Part shown: in pieces, positions 33,801 through 56,522 of the stretch
Position numbering within the stretch: the stretch's first letter is position 1
Layout of the letters: each line of letters starts with the position of its first letter
DNA from: the human T2T-CHM13v2.0 reference genome, Homo sapiens
Reading direction: 5' to 3' (one strand)
Assembly (NCBI RefSeq): GCF_009914755.1
Contig: NC_060941.1
Length of the DNA stretch: 64,000 bases
The notes under the pieces: model-generated
The model's input: only the letters and a program-made list of their open reading frames with translations
What the model was told of the DNA's origin: nothing
Database searches by the model: none
Program-made: the position numbers and the translations under genes

Positions 33801-35025
33801 GCCATCCTCTAGGAGCAGTACCCGCTGCCCTCACCTCCCTACCCTGCCCCCCATTCTCAGAGCTCAGCTCAGCTGCAGATTGTCAAGTGGGGGCTGACCA
33901 TGCCTGACCCCTGGTCTCCTGGAGTAGCCTTAAGGTCATTTCCTTCGCCTCGGCTTCCTTGGTTTTGGCAGACAGAGAGGTTCCTGCACTGGGGCTTGAG
34001 TGGAAGGGCTGGGGCTGGGCTGGGGCCCAGGGTTCCCATCATATCAGGCCTGGCAGCCACCTGGCTGCAAATGGCTCCCCAGCACAAATGTTTTGCAGCT
34101 GTCCCTCGGTCGGCTTGCCCTGGAGAGCCTTGAGACAGAGGTGGGGAGTCCAGGAGACAGAGGGCACAAGTAGAGAGCCAGGGTGGGTGGGGGACAAGCC
34201 CAGAGGGCCGCCCAGCAGACCCAGGCTGCTGGGAGAGTGACACTGATGAGGAATCTCCAGGTTCTTGAAACAGCCTCCGCAACTTGCAAGGGTTGGGATA
34301 GGGGCTTCCCGAGGCAGGATGACGGGGAGCAGGGGCTGCCTGGCAGGGCCAAAGCTCAGGGTCTCTGCTTCCCTCCTGGGTCCTGGTCTCTTGAGTAGAA
34401 CCAGAAACTTCTAAGTTGGAGCAGTGGGGAGGGGAGCTCAGCCTCCACCCCACCCAGGGGAAATTAGACCAGACTTCCCAGGAAATAATTTCAATTTTCC
34501 AGCATCATGGAAGCCTAGTCGGACAATAGAGGATTTTTTCCCCCCAAAAAATTTTTAAAAAAGCACAAAAAAACTCCAATTGCCTTTGGCTGAGCTGTTT
34601 TCCAACTTCATTTCTCAGCCACAGTTCAAAACTTCTCATTCAAAGTGACATGTGACTGCTCTGTGACCCTGGTCCGCTCGGCCACCGGCCCTGTGAGGGG
34701 TCAGGCCAGGCCAGCACAGAACTCGAGCTCCCAGAATCTGTGACCACCCCCACTCCCAAAAGCCTTCCGAGGTCTGCTCTGGAGACAAGGCCCGCAGGAC
34801 TGTCTCTGGGCAGCCCCAGCGCCTCACAATGAGGGAGGGGCTGCGGTGGAAACAAACCTGCCTCTGAAAGAGAGGAGAGTTTAGGGGCGGGTGATTCCTA
34901 CAGCCCAGGCCCAGGCCCACAGGGGTTTATGTTACAATATAAACTGGGGCTTTAACAACTTTGAGACAGTTTCTTATTTTTAGGGTTGGGGCGGGGAGTG
35001 GAGGTTGTCTTAAGAATGCAAATGG

Positions 35026-42475
<7,450 letters not shown>

Positions 42476-43081
42476 GGCTTCCAGTTCCTGATGCAGAAGA
42501 AGCAAGTGTGTGTGTGTGTGTGTGTGCGCGCGCACGCATGTGTGTGTGTGCATGCGTGTGTATGTGTGTGCATGCATAGATGGGAGCGGAGTGAACTAAG
42601 GATATGTCCTTGTCAGTGTTCACAGGGTGTCAAGTCTGAATTCTTGGAGGGGAGAACATTGCTTCCTGGGGCACACGTAGGCCCCTCCCCCAGCTCCTGG
42701 CCAACCCTGCCTGCCTGGCTCTGCGTAGTTCACTGGGAGTGCAGCGCATATTTGTTGAATGCGTGAATGAATGAGTGTGTGTTGCTTGCCCTCCTACCCC
42801 CTCCTCATTCTTCCTCTCTGGTTCCCTCCTTCCTGGCTTGTCTGCCTGACCCCCAGGCCTGCTCCAGCCAAGCTCTACTTGCCTTTCTTGGCTAGTCCAG
42901 ATGGGGAGAGGAGAACACTGAAAAGCCTTCCAGGAAACACTTACAAAAGAAGCCCCTGGCTGGCCCTGGGAGCCTGGGAAATCGAGGGTCTCCTTTCCTG
43001 GGGCTGAGGGCTCCAGCCTGGCCAGGACTGCAGCTTGGTGGGGATGGGGAACATGACCGGGCAGGACTCTGCCTGGATGGG

Positions 43082-43624
<543 letters not shown>

Positions 43625-43904
43625 AGGGGGAATGCAGGCCCCTGGTCCTGTTCTGTCTCACATAGTCCTCCCAAGCTCAGAGGGAACCAGGGACCCAGGC
43701 CTGGATCGAGCAGACTCCTGCACCAGCCTGTCTCAGGGTGAGAGCTCCTCTTCTTAGGCTCTCATCCCTTCCCTGGTCTGAACTCCAGGTTCTCATCCCA
43801 GCACCCTTCTCCCCAGCCTGGGCCTCAGATGCCATCTCCTGCCTCCACTGCCATATTTCTAAAGCAGAAATCTGGTCAATTACTCCTCAGCTGACATGTC
43901 TCCC

Positions 43905-44378
43905 TGATGCAGGGCAGGCGAGCCCCAAATTGGGGCTTAGCCTGGGAGGGTTCTTGGCTTCATTCAGGGAATAATTCAAGGGCAAGCGGTGATAGAAGAA
44001 AGCAGCTTTCTAGAGGTGGCAGTGTCACAGCCCTGTGACTGCTCCTGCAGAGCAGGGCTACCCCAGTGTGCTGAGAGCTGCAGCTCAGTAGCTTCCACAC
44101 TCATATTTGCACCCACTTTTAAACACATGCAAATTAAGGGGCAGATTATGCAGAGATTTGTAGAAAAAGGGTGATAACTTCTGGGTCATTAGGTTGTTGC
44201 TGCCATGGAAAGGGGTGGTAATTTCTGGGTGTTGCCACGGCAATGGTAAACTGACATGTCACACTGGTGGGTGTGTCTTATGGAAAGCTCCTCCCACCCC
44301 ATCCCTGTTTTAGCTAGTCCTCAGTTTGGACCTGTGTCCAAGCCCTGCCTCTGGAGTGCAGTCCCGCTTCCTATCTCA
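43905..44378 (-). mobile_element. ERV1-class solo LTR (MER66-like)
   Basis: TG...CA ends; - strand begins tgagataggaagcgggact; family recalled from consensus. Confidence 0.65.
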
Positions 44379-45365
44379 TCCTCATTACCTATGGGATAAA
44401 GCCCAAGCAGGGTGCCATGTATGACCATGCACTGCATAGCCCACAAAATCATACACAGCAGGCCTGAGTCCCATCTCCTTCATTCAGCAAGTATTCAATC
44501 TCCAGACATTCTCAGCTGGCACCCAAGGGTCCTGAGGGTCCTGTTGCTGTCTTTTTCTTCTGCTTTCTCTCTCACCTACTCCCTTAGGTACCATGTACTT
44601 GAGCCACACCAAACTTGGTACATCTTTTCATACCTGTGTGCTTCACACACGAATGTCTCCATCTGCTTTCTGTGAATGCTGGGGCAATAGGATGGGCATG
44701 GACTTGAAATCCTGTTTCTCTGCCATTTACAGTTAGGTGAATGTGGGCAAGTTAACCCTCTGAGCCCCAGTTTTCTAATCTGTAAAATGGGATTAGGCTT
44801 ATATAATGTGCCTCAGATTGTATGTAGCACATGAGAGCCCCTCCCCACTCCTAAAAGTTGGTTTCTAACTCTCTTTGCATGCCGAACTCCTATTCATCCT
44901 TGAAGACCCAACTCAAATGTTACCTTCTTGGTAACATTGCCCTCCTTCCCTTCAAGTGGGTAAAGTTTATCTTTCTCAGTTTCTACTCTTTCCACCAGCC
45001 CTGCATAGCACTTATAAACCTCTGTTGGAAACACTGTCATATTTTTCTGTTTTCCTGGTTCACATGAATAAAGCACACAGCCAGAAAACATTTGTTGCAT
45101 GAATTAAGGCACTGGCCCCTGGGTTGAAAGCCTTTAACCCTACCCCTGCCCTGGGTCTAAGACCTTGCCCTGGGTCTAAGCCCTGGCACAAGAATGCAGG
45201 ATCAGAGGCCAGAGATAAAACAGAGCAGTGAGCAGCCTCCGCCCTCGGTGGGGCACGGGCATGGGGCGGTGGCTGGTCAGATGGTCGGGGTAAGGGCACT
45301 TCAGCCTCCTGGAGAGGTCTCTGTAGCCTGAGAGCAGGCAGGGTTTAGAGGGTGTGGGAACCTGA

Positions 45366-46956
<1,591 letters not shown>

Positions 46957-47874
46957 TGAGGGGTTCATGTTTTGCCCGCCTCTCCTTGTCTCTCAGTGGG
47001 GGCTGAGTGAGACCTTGGAATCCGTCAGGGGCACCGTACACACTCACTTTGGGCCCCGGGAAATCACAATCCTTTTGTTTCCCTGGCAGAGTGGCAGGAA
47101 AGGGGCGATGAAGAAAGAAGAACAAGCGTGTTGGGCATGTGGGGGACACAGAGTGGTTTAAGCAATGGTTTACGAAGTGGAAGCCTGCTGAGCCTGTAGC
47201 GCCGTGGCCAGGGGTGCGGGAGGGAGTGTGGCACACCTGGTCTCCCCTAAGACACAGCCACGCCCTCCCAAGTCAGTCCCCCTTCTCTCTTCAGGTCTCC
47301 ATTTCCAAGGGCACAGCCCTGACTGCCTCAGAACTTACTGTTTTGCAAAGACAAACATTTTATTTTTCATGATAGGAGCTGTAGCAGAGTATATGGGGGC
47401 CTCTGCCAGCCCCCAGGCTGGGACTGGGGCCTGTGACCTTGAGAACCTCATCTCACATTCTGCAGACTTTGGCGGCGGGGCAGTGCTCGACCACTGGCTG
47501 GGTGGGCTGGTCTCAGCCTCTCCTGCAGGCCCAGGGCTGAAATCATAACCGTCAGGCCCAGCCTTGGCCAAAGATAATGCAACTTTGGCAGGGCTGGCTG
47601 CTGGGAGGGGGCAGGCACTTGCTCCTCGTAGAGCAAGAGTGGGTTTCTTCCCTGACCCTCCCTTCCACCCCGGTAGGGTGGTTTCCTTAGGAACTCAGGC
47701 CTGCGGGAGAAATGGTTCCAGCTTCTGGAGGCTGGGTGGGGGTGGGGTGGGGGTGGGTGTGGGATAGAGCCCAGCTCCTCCAAGCCTCTTAGGGAAGCGG
47801 CCTCTTTGCATTCTTGACTCTCTGCTTCCCCCGTGTGGCTGTGAGGCTGGTTGAAGCCACATAGCAGTAGAGGG

Positions 47875-47876
<2 letters not shown>

Positions 47877-47944
<68 letters not shown>
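47877..47944. repeat. (GT)34 microsatellite, (CA)n on the TNS4 mRNA
   Basis: Directly visible. Confidence 0.97.
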
Positions 47945-47945
<1 letters not shown>

Positions 47946-48101
47946 GGAGCGTGGGTTGGGGGAGGGCTCAGCAAGACAGGAGCTGAGGCAGAATCACAGA
48001 GAGATGGCCCTTATCTCTGCCCCCGCCGCCTAATATGCAACATTAGGGCAGCTACGATACCAGCTTTGGAATACTCGCCTATCAAGGAATGGAAAGAAGC
48101 T

Positions 48102-48396
48102 GGGCTGGGTGGCTTGCGCCTGTAATCCCAGCACTTTGGGAGGCCGAAGCAGGTGGATTACCTGCGGTCAGGAGTTCAAGACCAGCCTGGCCAACATGGT
48201 GAAACCCTGTCTCTACTAAAAATACAAAATTAGCTGGGTGAGTTGCACATGCCTGTAATCCCAGCTACTTGGGAGCCTGAGGCAGGATAATTGCTTGAAC
48301 CTGGGAGGTGGAGGTTGCAGTGAGCCTAGATCACACCACTGCAGTTCAGCCTGGGTGACAGTGAGACTCTGTCTCAAAAAAAAATAAAAATAAAAA
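48102..48396 (+). mobile_element. Alu within the TNS4 3'UTR (antisense to the mRNA)
   Basis: Alu consensus. Confidence 0.93.
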
Positions 48397-49102
48397 CCAA
48401 GTGGAAAGAAAAGATGGGGTGATACTCATCTGCAAGGGGGTGCAGGACAGCTGGGTCTCCTCTGACCATGGGGACAAGTTCCCCCTGCTGAGCTGCCCTA
48501 AATACCACACCCAGCTTGGCCTGCAGCATCCTGGCTGGGTGGACCCAAAAAGCCACCCAGAAAGTGGGAAAAGGAACAGAGGAACAGATATGGAAGGAAA
48601 TAGAGTCTATCCATTCCTGTTTTGTAGTCAGTTCTTGACCATCACCAGCTGCAAGCCAGGAGCCCCGTGGGTCACCGCCAGGCACCTGCTGTCTGCCACG
48701 AAACAGGGGCTGCAGGTCTCTTGCTCAGACTGTTGTGTGGGCAGGGCCCAGGTCGATGGGGTCAGAGGGTCCTTGGAGGTTATTTTCATGCAGGGGTCTT
48801 CAGAGGTGTGCATGCTTCAGAATCATGGAGGAGCATGTTCAAATGCCCACCAGCATCTAAGAACAGCTGATCTTGTCTATTGGTCTTCTTCTATGATTGA
48901 GGAAACTGAGGCCCGGGGGGTCTGGATGATGGTGACTGCTGAAGGCCATAGCAGGTTCAAGGGTGTCAACTTGATGCCAATCCCCCTAGTCCCATAGATT
49001 GGTCTGTCAATATGGCCACAAGCCACACCCATTCAGGGGGTGGAGGGGGGCTCCTTAGCGAGCCCCTGGAGGTGTTGGTTAGGTGCACAGGCAGTCTCTC
49101 CC

Positions 49103-49244
49103 CTACATCCTTTCTGCGTCCTGCAGCAGAGCAGTCACCAGGCCGATGACCTGCGAGGCTGGCTGGACCATGTCATACTCCGCAAAGAGGTGGCATACGT
49201 TCTCCTGAGGCTCTGTCTGGCTCTTGGCCACAAACCCAAAGATC
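49103..49244 (-). CDS. TNS4: TNS4 last coding exon
   Basis: IFGFVAKSQTEPQENVCHLFAEYDMVQPASQVIGLVTALLQDAERM* (TAG at 49103-49105). Confidence 0.98.
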
Positions 49245-49821
49245 CTGGTGGGGGAGGGCAGTCTGAGTGAGGGGTGGGACCCAGGGAGGCATCAGGCTGG
49301 TGGGAATGGGGTGGTGGGGGGCCCTCAGCCTGCATCTCATTCCTCCCTGCCCCTCCCTTAGCCAATTGACTCCAGCACCTCCTTATGGTGGGGCTCCCTG
49401 GGGAAGGAGATGCCTCTCCCGTCAGACTGGGAGATTTCTGAGTTCAAGCTCTGGGTTTCCTTTGTTTTGAGTGAGGGCTCCTTGAGGACAGGACCTGTGC
49501 ATTCCCCATTAGAGTGGAAGCTCCCTGAGGGCAAGGATGCATCTTGATCATCAGACTGGGACATTCCAATAGCTTGAGGCTCCCTGAAGTTAGAGCCTGT
49601 GCCTCTTGCAGAAGATTGAGGGCTCCCAGGCTCATGTCACCCCCAACAGCCCAGAGGCTCTGAGGGCAGTCAAAGTCTTTCCCATCAGATGGGAGCTCCC
49701 TGAGGACCAGGGCCTGTGCCCTCATCAACACTTTGGACTATTAAAGTCAGAATGGTGCCTCTTTCCTTCTGCAGTTCCCTCCCCATGTTGGGTTTGGGGC
49801 CCTGAGACAGGAAGGCCTTAC

Positions 49822-49848
49822 CAGGAGGGTTTGCAGTACTTCTGCCAC
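49822..49848 (-). CDS. TNS4: TNS4 27-nt microexon
   Basis: tacag|G TGG CAG AAG TAC TGC AAA CCC TCC TG|gtaag = (K)WQKYCKPS(W). Confidence 0.93.
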
Positions 49849-50094
49849 CTGTAGGAAAAGAACATGATACCGAGTAATGAGGCTTCGCTCCATGCCACAG
49901 GACCCTGGAGGAGCAGCAGGACTGGCCAGCTGCGTCCCCACCCCACCATGCCCCACCCTACCCTCATTCTGTCACCCTGACCCCTTGAGGTTCACAGGCT
50001 CCCTCTGGGATCCCAGGCCCAGAGTCGGCAGGACGCCTTGGTGGGCAGCGGGGCCCTGGACAGCCTTCTTAGTTTGGCCCAGCCTTGAACTTAC

Positions 50095-50163
50095 TTCCGT
50101 TGCTCAGGGTCCATACCACAGAAGCGGAGGGTGGTGAGTGGGTAATGGCGCCGGAAAAACACC
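50095..50163 (-). CDS. TNS4: TNS4 PTB exon
   Basis: VFFRRHYPLTTLRFCGMDPEQRK (tensin FFRRHYP motif); 69 nt. Confidence 0.97.
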
Positions 50164-50644
50164 CTAGGAGGAGGCGGGGAGAGAAGGGAAGCGATGACAG
50201 CCTGTCCCAGTGTCATCCTGCCTCCAGCATCTCTCGTTCCCCCCAAGCTCAGGTGCCCTGTCCTCCAAGAAGTCTCTGGGTTAGACCTTGAAGACCGCTA
50301 TGGCCTTTCCCACTGGGGGGCCCTGGCGCCCCGCTCCTGCCTCTCTCCTCTCATGGGGCTTGTCTGCCTCTGTCTTACACTCTGGGGTTTTCTATCACAC
50401 CCCTACCACGCCATTTAATTTTTTTTGGCCACTAACTTTTTGAGGACACGAATTACATCTTGGTCATCTCTTGTTTCTCCCTGTGAAGTGCTCAGCCCTG
50501 GATCAGGCTCCTGTTAGACTGTGAGATCCGAGCCTGGGGAAGGAACGATCTCATTCCTCTCTGGGTCCCAGTGGTCAGCCAGTCTGGCCGAGGGAAGATG
50601 TTCCATCAATGGGTGCAGGCATAATCGGCACCCATGAATACTAG

Positions 50645-51109
<465 letters not shown>

Positions 51110-51188
51110 TGATCTGCAGCTGTCTCAGCTATCCCCTCCAGCTCTACTCCGCCAGCCCCGGAGCCCCAGGGCAAGGGAAGGCCCTTAC

Positions 51189-51357
51189 TTCCTCTGGACA
51201 TCAGTCAGAGTGATGCCCTGCTCTGTGACTTTGAAGTGGACCACGGTGGGCGTGGGGAGGATGTCCCTCTCAAAGGTGGTGGAGATGGCTTTCTGCACGG
51301 CCAGGGCTCCAGTCAGGGTCTCCACGCTCACTGAGCTCAGGTACAGGGTGTGGCAGC
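51189..51357 (-). CDS. TNS4: TNS4 PTB exon
   Basis: GCHTLYLSSVSVETLTG...VHFKVTEQGITLTDVQRK; 169 nt. Confidence 0.98.
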
Positions 51358-52214
51358 CTGTGGGAGGCAGACACTGCGCTGGGGCCACTGACCCAGGGCC
51401 CAGGTTCTCCCTCTGCCCAGGGCCAGGGGAGGGGGTGAGTCTCCTGTTCAGGAATCCAGTGGAGCTCCTCTTAGAGCCGCCACCCAACAGAAAGTGGGTG
51501 TGTGGGTGATCACAGTTTGAGGCCAACCCCAGAGGGCTTTGGGATCTTCTGTGGCTTTGCATCGCCCTGGCCCCTGGCCCTCCAGCATGGGGCAGGGGAG
51601 GGGATGTTGCCCTGTGTGTAGAGGTGCCCAGGAAAACATCCTTCTGTCCACACTTAACGGCTGCTCTCCTCCCCACACCTCCATCTTCAAGGTCTTGGTT
51701 CATTGGCAACGGTAGGGACAGAAGACAAGAATGGGGAAGGAAATTGTTCGTGCTCAGGGCATAGAGCAGGAACAGTCACTGAGACAAGTGCTGATGTGTG
51801 CTGGCCTCTGGGAGTGTGGGTCAGGGACCTTTCCCCTGGTGAAGGCTCCAGGACTTAGACCTGACACCCCATAGAGGATCCCAGACCCAGAACCACCTCT
51901 AGGGCAGGTTTCTCAGACCTAGAGAGACCCTAGCACGTGTGCACATGCCCATGTGTGTGCAGGAGGGACTGTAAGTTCTGCCACTCCCCCCACCCCCCAC
52001 CCTGCCCCACTTCCCTGCTGGCCTCTCATCTTCTGTTTTACAGGGGTGATGGGGAGCGGGTGTGGCACCTTGTTAAAGATGCAGAAACAAAGCTGAGATG
52101 GGAAACACGTGTGTGCCTGTGCGTGTGTGCGTGCATGCGTGCGTGTGTGCAGGGTTGGGAGGTGCCCTCTTGGGGCACAGCCAAGCTTGGCGCCTCCCTT
52201 CCTGTACCACTCAC

Positions 52215-52283
52215 CCGCAGATTTCTTCTGGCAGGAGGCTGGGCTGTCTGTAGAGTCCGAGGCCCCATCTGCACCTCCCAGTT
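52215..52283 (-). CDS. TNS4: TNS4 SH2-PTB linker exon
   Basis: ELGGADGASDSTDSPASCQKKSA; 69 nt; AG/GT bounded. Confidence 0.95.
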
Positions 52284-52892
52284 CTGAGCCAAGGCAAAGA
52301 AACAGGCCCCCCAAAGGGGCGGGGGTGGAGTGAATGGACCCCTCTCACAGGAACAGGCCTCATGAATCCCTTTGAAGATCTCCCACCTCCACCCCCATCT
52401 CCAGGAAGTGACTCAAACCAGGTGTGATTACCGTAATTAGGCAAACAGGCCACTTTGGGCTCCCTAAATGCTTAGTTTGCAACCCTTTTGATCTCTTCAT
52501 CCCCTCCTCGCCCCCCCACCTCTTAGATGGCTGCCATGATCTTGTCCTCACAGGCCCCTGACCTCCTCACTTCTTTTGGACCCTGTCTCAACCCCTGACC
52601 TGTCTTTGCAGAAAGCGAGGAGGCTCTCACCATCGCTCCTCTGGGGCTCCCTTGCCTTGATGCCCTTCCAGAAACAGCCCTTCTCGAGCTTCTCCTGCAC
52701 ACCCCTGAGATGATCTATTTCATCTGAGCTGCCCCCCTACCTGGCTGTATGCTCTGGATAGGGCATGCTGATCTGGGTTCAAGGTCTGACTCTGTGGGCC
52801 TTTGGGCAAATTACGTAACATCTAGAACCCTCGTTTTCTTTTCCTTCCTTTCCTTCCTTCTTTCTCTCTTTCTCTCTTTCTTTCTTTCTTAG

Positions 52893-53003
<111 letters not shown>

Positions 53004-53046
53004 TGAGTAGCTGGGATTACAGGCGCCCACCACCACGCCCAGCTAA

Positions 53047-53196
<150 letters not shown>

Positions 53197-53643
53197 TGAA
53201 ATGGGGATGATAACAGCAAAGTCTACTTCACAAGCTTGTAGTGAAGCATGAATGGGTGAGTGAGTGCTCAACAAATGCTGGACCTGGAAAGAGAAAACCT
53301 CTCCAAACTATTTGATTTAGGCTCTTTCACCCTCTCAAAGCAGGCTGCTATTTATCCAACATCCATTCTATGCCAGGCATTGCGCTAAGAGCCTTGCCCG
53401 GGCTATCTCTTTCGGTCTGCACAGCAATCCTATAAGTAGGTATGATGAGGAAACTGAGGCTCAGAGAGGTCAACATTCTCAAATTTTCACAGCTAGGAGG
53501 TGGAGATGTTGAGCGACTCCAGTGCACACAGTTTTAACCGTGACACTAAAATAATCCACCAACAAGGTAGGAGTGAACCCCATTTCTAATGAGAACAAAC
53601 AGGTCCCCCACCTTGGCATTGCCTCTTTGGGGCCCAGACCCAC

Positions 53644-53721
53644 CTCTCTGTGGGATGGTGAGTTTGCAGGGCAGGGCCAGGGCCATGATGGAATGCTGGC
53701 ACACGAAGGCAGAGAGGCTCC
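53644..53721 (-). CDS. TNS4: TNS4 SH2 C-terminal exon
   Basis: GSLSAFVCQHSIMALALPCKLTIPQR; 78 nt. Confidence 0.97.
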
Positions 53722-53838
53722 CTGAAAGGAAGCAAGCAGCCCTGCATGAGTAGAGCTTCCCCAACCCACCCCTCAGCTCACAACGGAGACTTCGCTGGCC
53801 CCCCATCCCGGGGGAGCCTGGAGGCTGGGGAGTCTCAC

Positions 53839-53931
53839 CAAAGTAGGGCTCCTCATCTGCTCCTTTGAGATGCACTCCTTTGGCAGACGACTCGATGAGG
53901 AAGTGTCGGATGAGGTCATTGCTGTCCTCAC
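53839..53931 (-). CDS. TNS4: TNS4 SH2 exon
   Basis: [31 protein letters not shown]; 93 nt. Confidence 0.97.
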
Positions 53932-54099
53932 CTGGACAGAGAAGAAAGAGTGCATTCGGATAGAATTCCACCTTGTGGCCGGGCGCGGTGGCTCACGCCT
54001 GTAATCCCAGCACTTTGGGAGGCCGAGGTGGGCAGATCACTTGAGGTCAGGAGTTCGAGATCAGCCTGACCCACATGGTAAAACCCTATCTCTACTAAA

Positions 54100-54135
<36 letters not shown>

Positions 54136-54162
54136 CACACACACAAAGCCGGGCGTGGTTCA

Positions 54163-54713
<551 letters not shown>

Positions 54714-54716
54714 TAG

Positions 54717-55034
<318 letters not shown>

Positions 55035-55998
55035 TAGATAAATGTCGACTCTTTGGTCTGGTTTCTGTCTCCCCCTGCCCACCAGGTCATCTCTGCTGGA
55101 GCCACGCTGGCCCCGGGGGTGGGGAGGTGAACAATGACCTTCTGACTCCTTTCCACCAGTCCACAGTGTCCTCCTCAGTCTGGGCTCATTGCCTCTTGCA
55201 AGGCGTCCTTTATAAGTAACACCCTCCCCAGAGGTCACTTTCTTATTGTGACAGTGAGGCATACTGTCAAGAACACAAGGCTGGGTGTTTCATCCTCCCT
55301 TTATCACTTAATTGCTCTGGAGTCATTAAGTAACTCTGGGAGCCTCCGTTATCTCATCCGTTAAATAAGAAGGTGCAATCCTGGGGTTTGAGTGAGGCCT
55401 ATGACCCAGGTACCTTGTACTGTAATCATCTGTTTTCATCTGTCTCCCTAGTGAGGTGGTGTCTGTGTCTGATTCCACTGTATCCCTGCTGCCTCACACA
55501 GTGCCTGGTGTGTGGTGATGCTCCATAGATGTTTGCTATCAAATAAGCATGGGAGACCACAGGAAAGCATATAAGCTATCACACACATGTGCGCTGAGCT
55601 AGTACACAAACCTGGTAAGCTATCACCTGTGAGATAAGCTAGCTGCGTGTGTAATCACACATTAGGTTCCCTGGAAATGAATCCAGTTTGACTCCAAGAA
55701 GAGCAGCCTAGAGGGGGCTAGGACCCTCCTCCTTCTCTCCCACCATCAGAAAAAAGCAGGGAAGTGGGGGTGGGGCTCGGGAAGGCAGAAGCACGCAGGC
55801 TTGCTGTGAAAGGCGTTTTTCAGGGTGCCTTGGGGCTGGAGGGCATCGGGGAGAACACTGGGGTGGACGCTTCTCCTAGGAGCTGTTATAAGACTGGCGC
55901 CATGTCACCCTGAAAGCTAGTGCCAGAGCCAGGACTGGAACCTACCACACCCCGCTGCCTCAGTGAGGCCTTGAGTGAGCACAGAGACAGACGCATAC

Positions 55999-56124
55999 CT
56001 GGTCGATTCTGAGCAGACGCGGGAACCTCCTGCACCTTCAGGGCCAGGCCGAAGGAGCCTCGGTATGAAGAGCTGTCCCTTATGACAAAAGCCCCTGGCT
56101 CCTCCTTCCTCAGCAGCTCGATTG
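55999..56124 (-). CDS. TNS4: TNS4 SH2 exon
   Basis: AIELLRKEEPGAFVIRDSSSYRGSFGLALKV (FVIRDS SH2 motif); 126 nt. Confidence 0.98.
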
Positions 56125-56435
56125 CTGGAACAATCCTTGAGTCAGAGATGGACACCGCCCCACCTGGACACCCTGTCCCCAGCCCCGTAGGGTCTTCACA
56201 GAGCAGATGTTACAGAGTCACCTTTTGTCCCCAGGAAGTCCTTTGTACTGTCAAGTCTCCACCATTCTTGCTGTGGTTCCTACTTCCTCGGGAGGTCATG
56301 AGGTCAGCAGGACATCCCCCTCCCCCGCTTCCCAGGACCCACTATTTGCCATTCCTTAACTGTAACCCAGGGCCCTGCCTGATGCAAAGTGCAAGACCCA
56401 GACCCTATTCTGGGGTCACTCGTGCTTCCTTTTAC

Positions 56436-56522
56436 CTTGCTCTCGGGTGATGTTTGGCTTAAACCAGTATTTAGATGTGTCCATCACGAACTTCATGGTG
56501 GGCTGCATGTCCCTGGCGGGAC
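56436..56522 (-). CDS. TNS4: TNS4 exon, start of SH2 domain
   Basis: GPARDMQPTMKFVMDTSKYWFKPNITREQ (tensin DTSKYWxKP motif); AG/GT bounded; 87 nt. Confidence 0.97.

Larger units (their letters stand above)
47340..49102 (-). other. TNS4: TNS4 3'UTR with AATAAA at 47359-47364
   Basis: tttatt on + strand (AATAAA on -) ~1.74 kb after the stop codon. Confidence 0.8.

Noticed and set aside
48401-48997. 198-aa + strand ORF antisense to the TNS4 3'UTR
   Set aside because: GTG start, no recognisable domain, partly MER5/MIR-derived.
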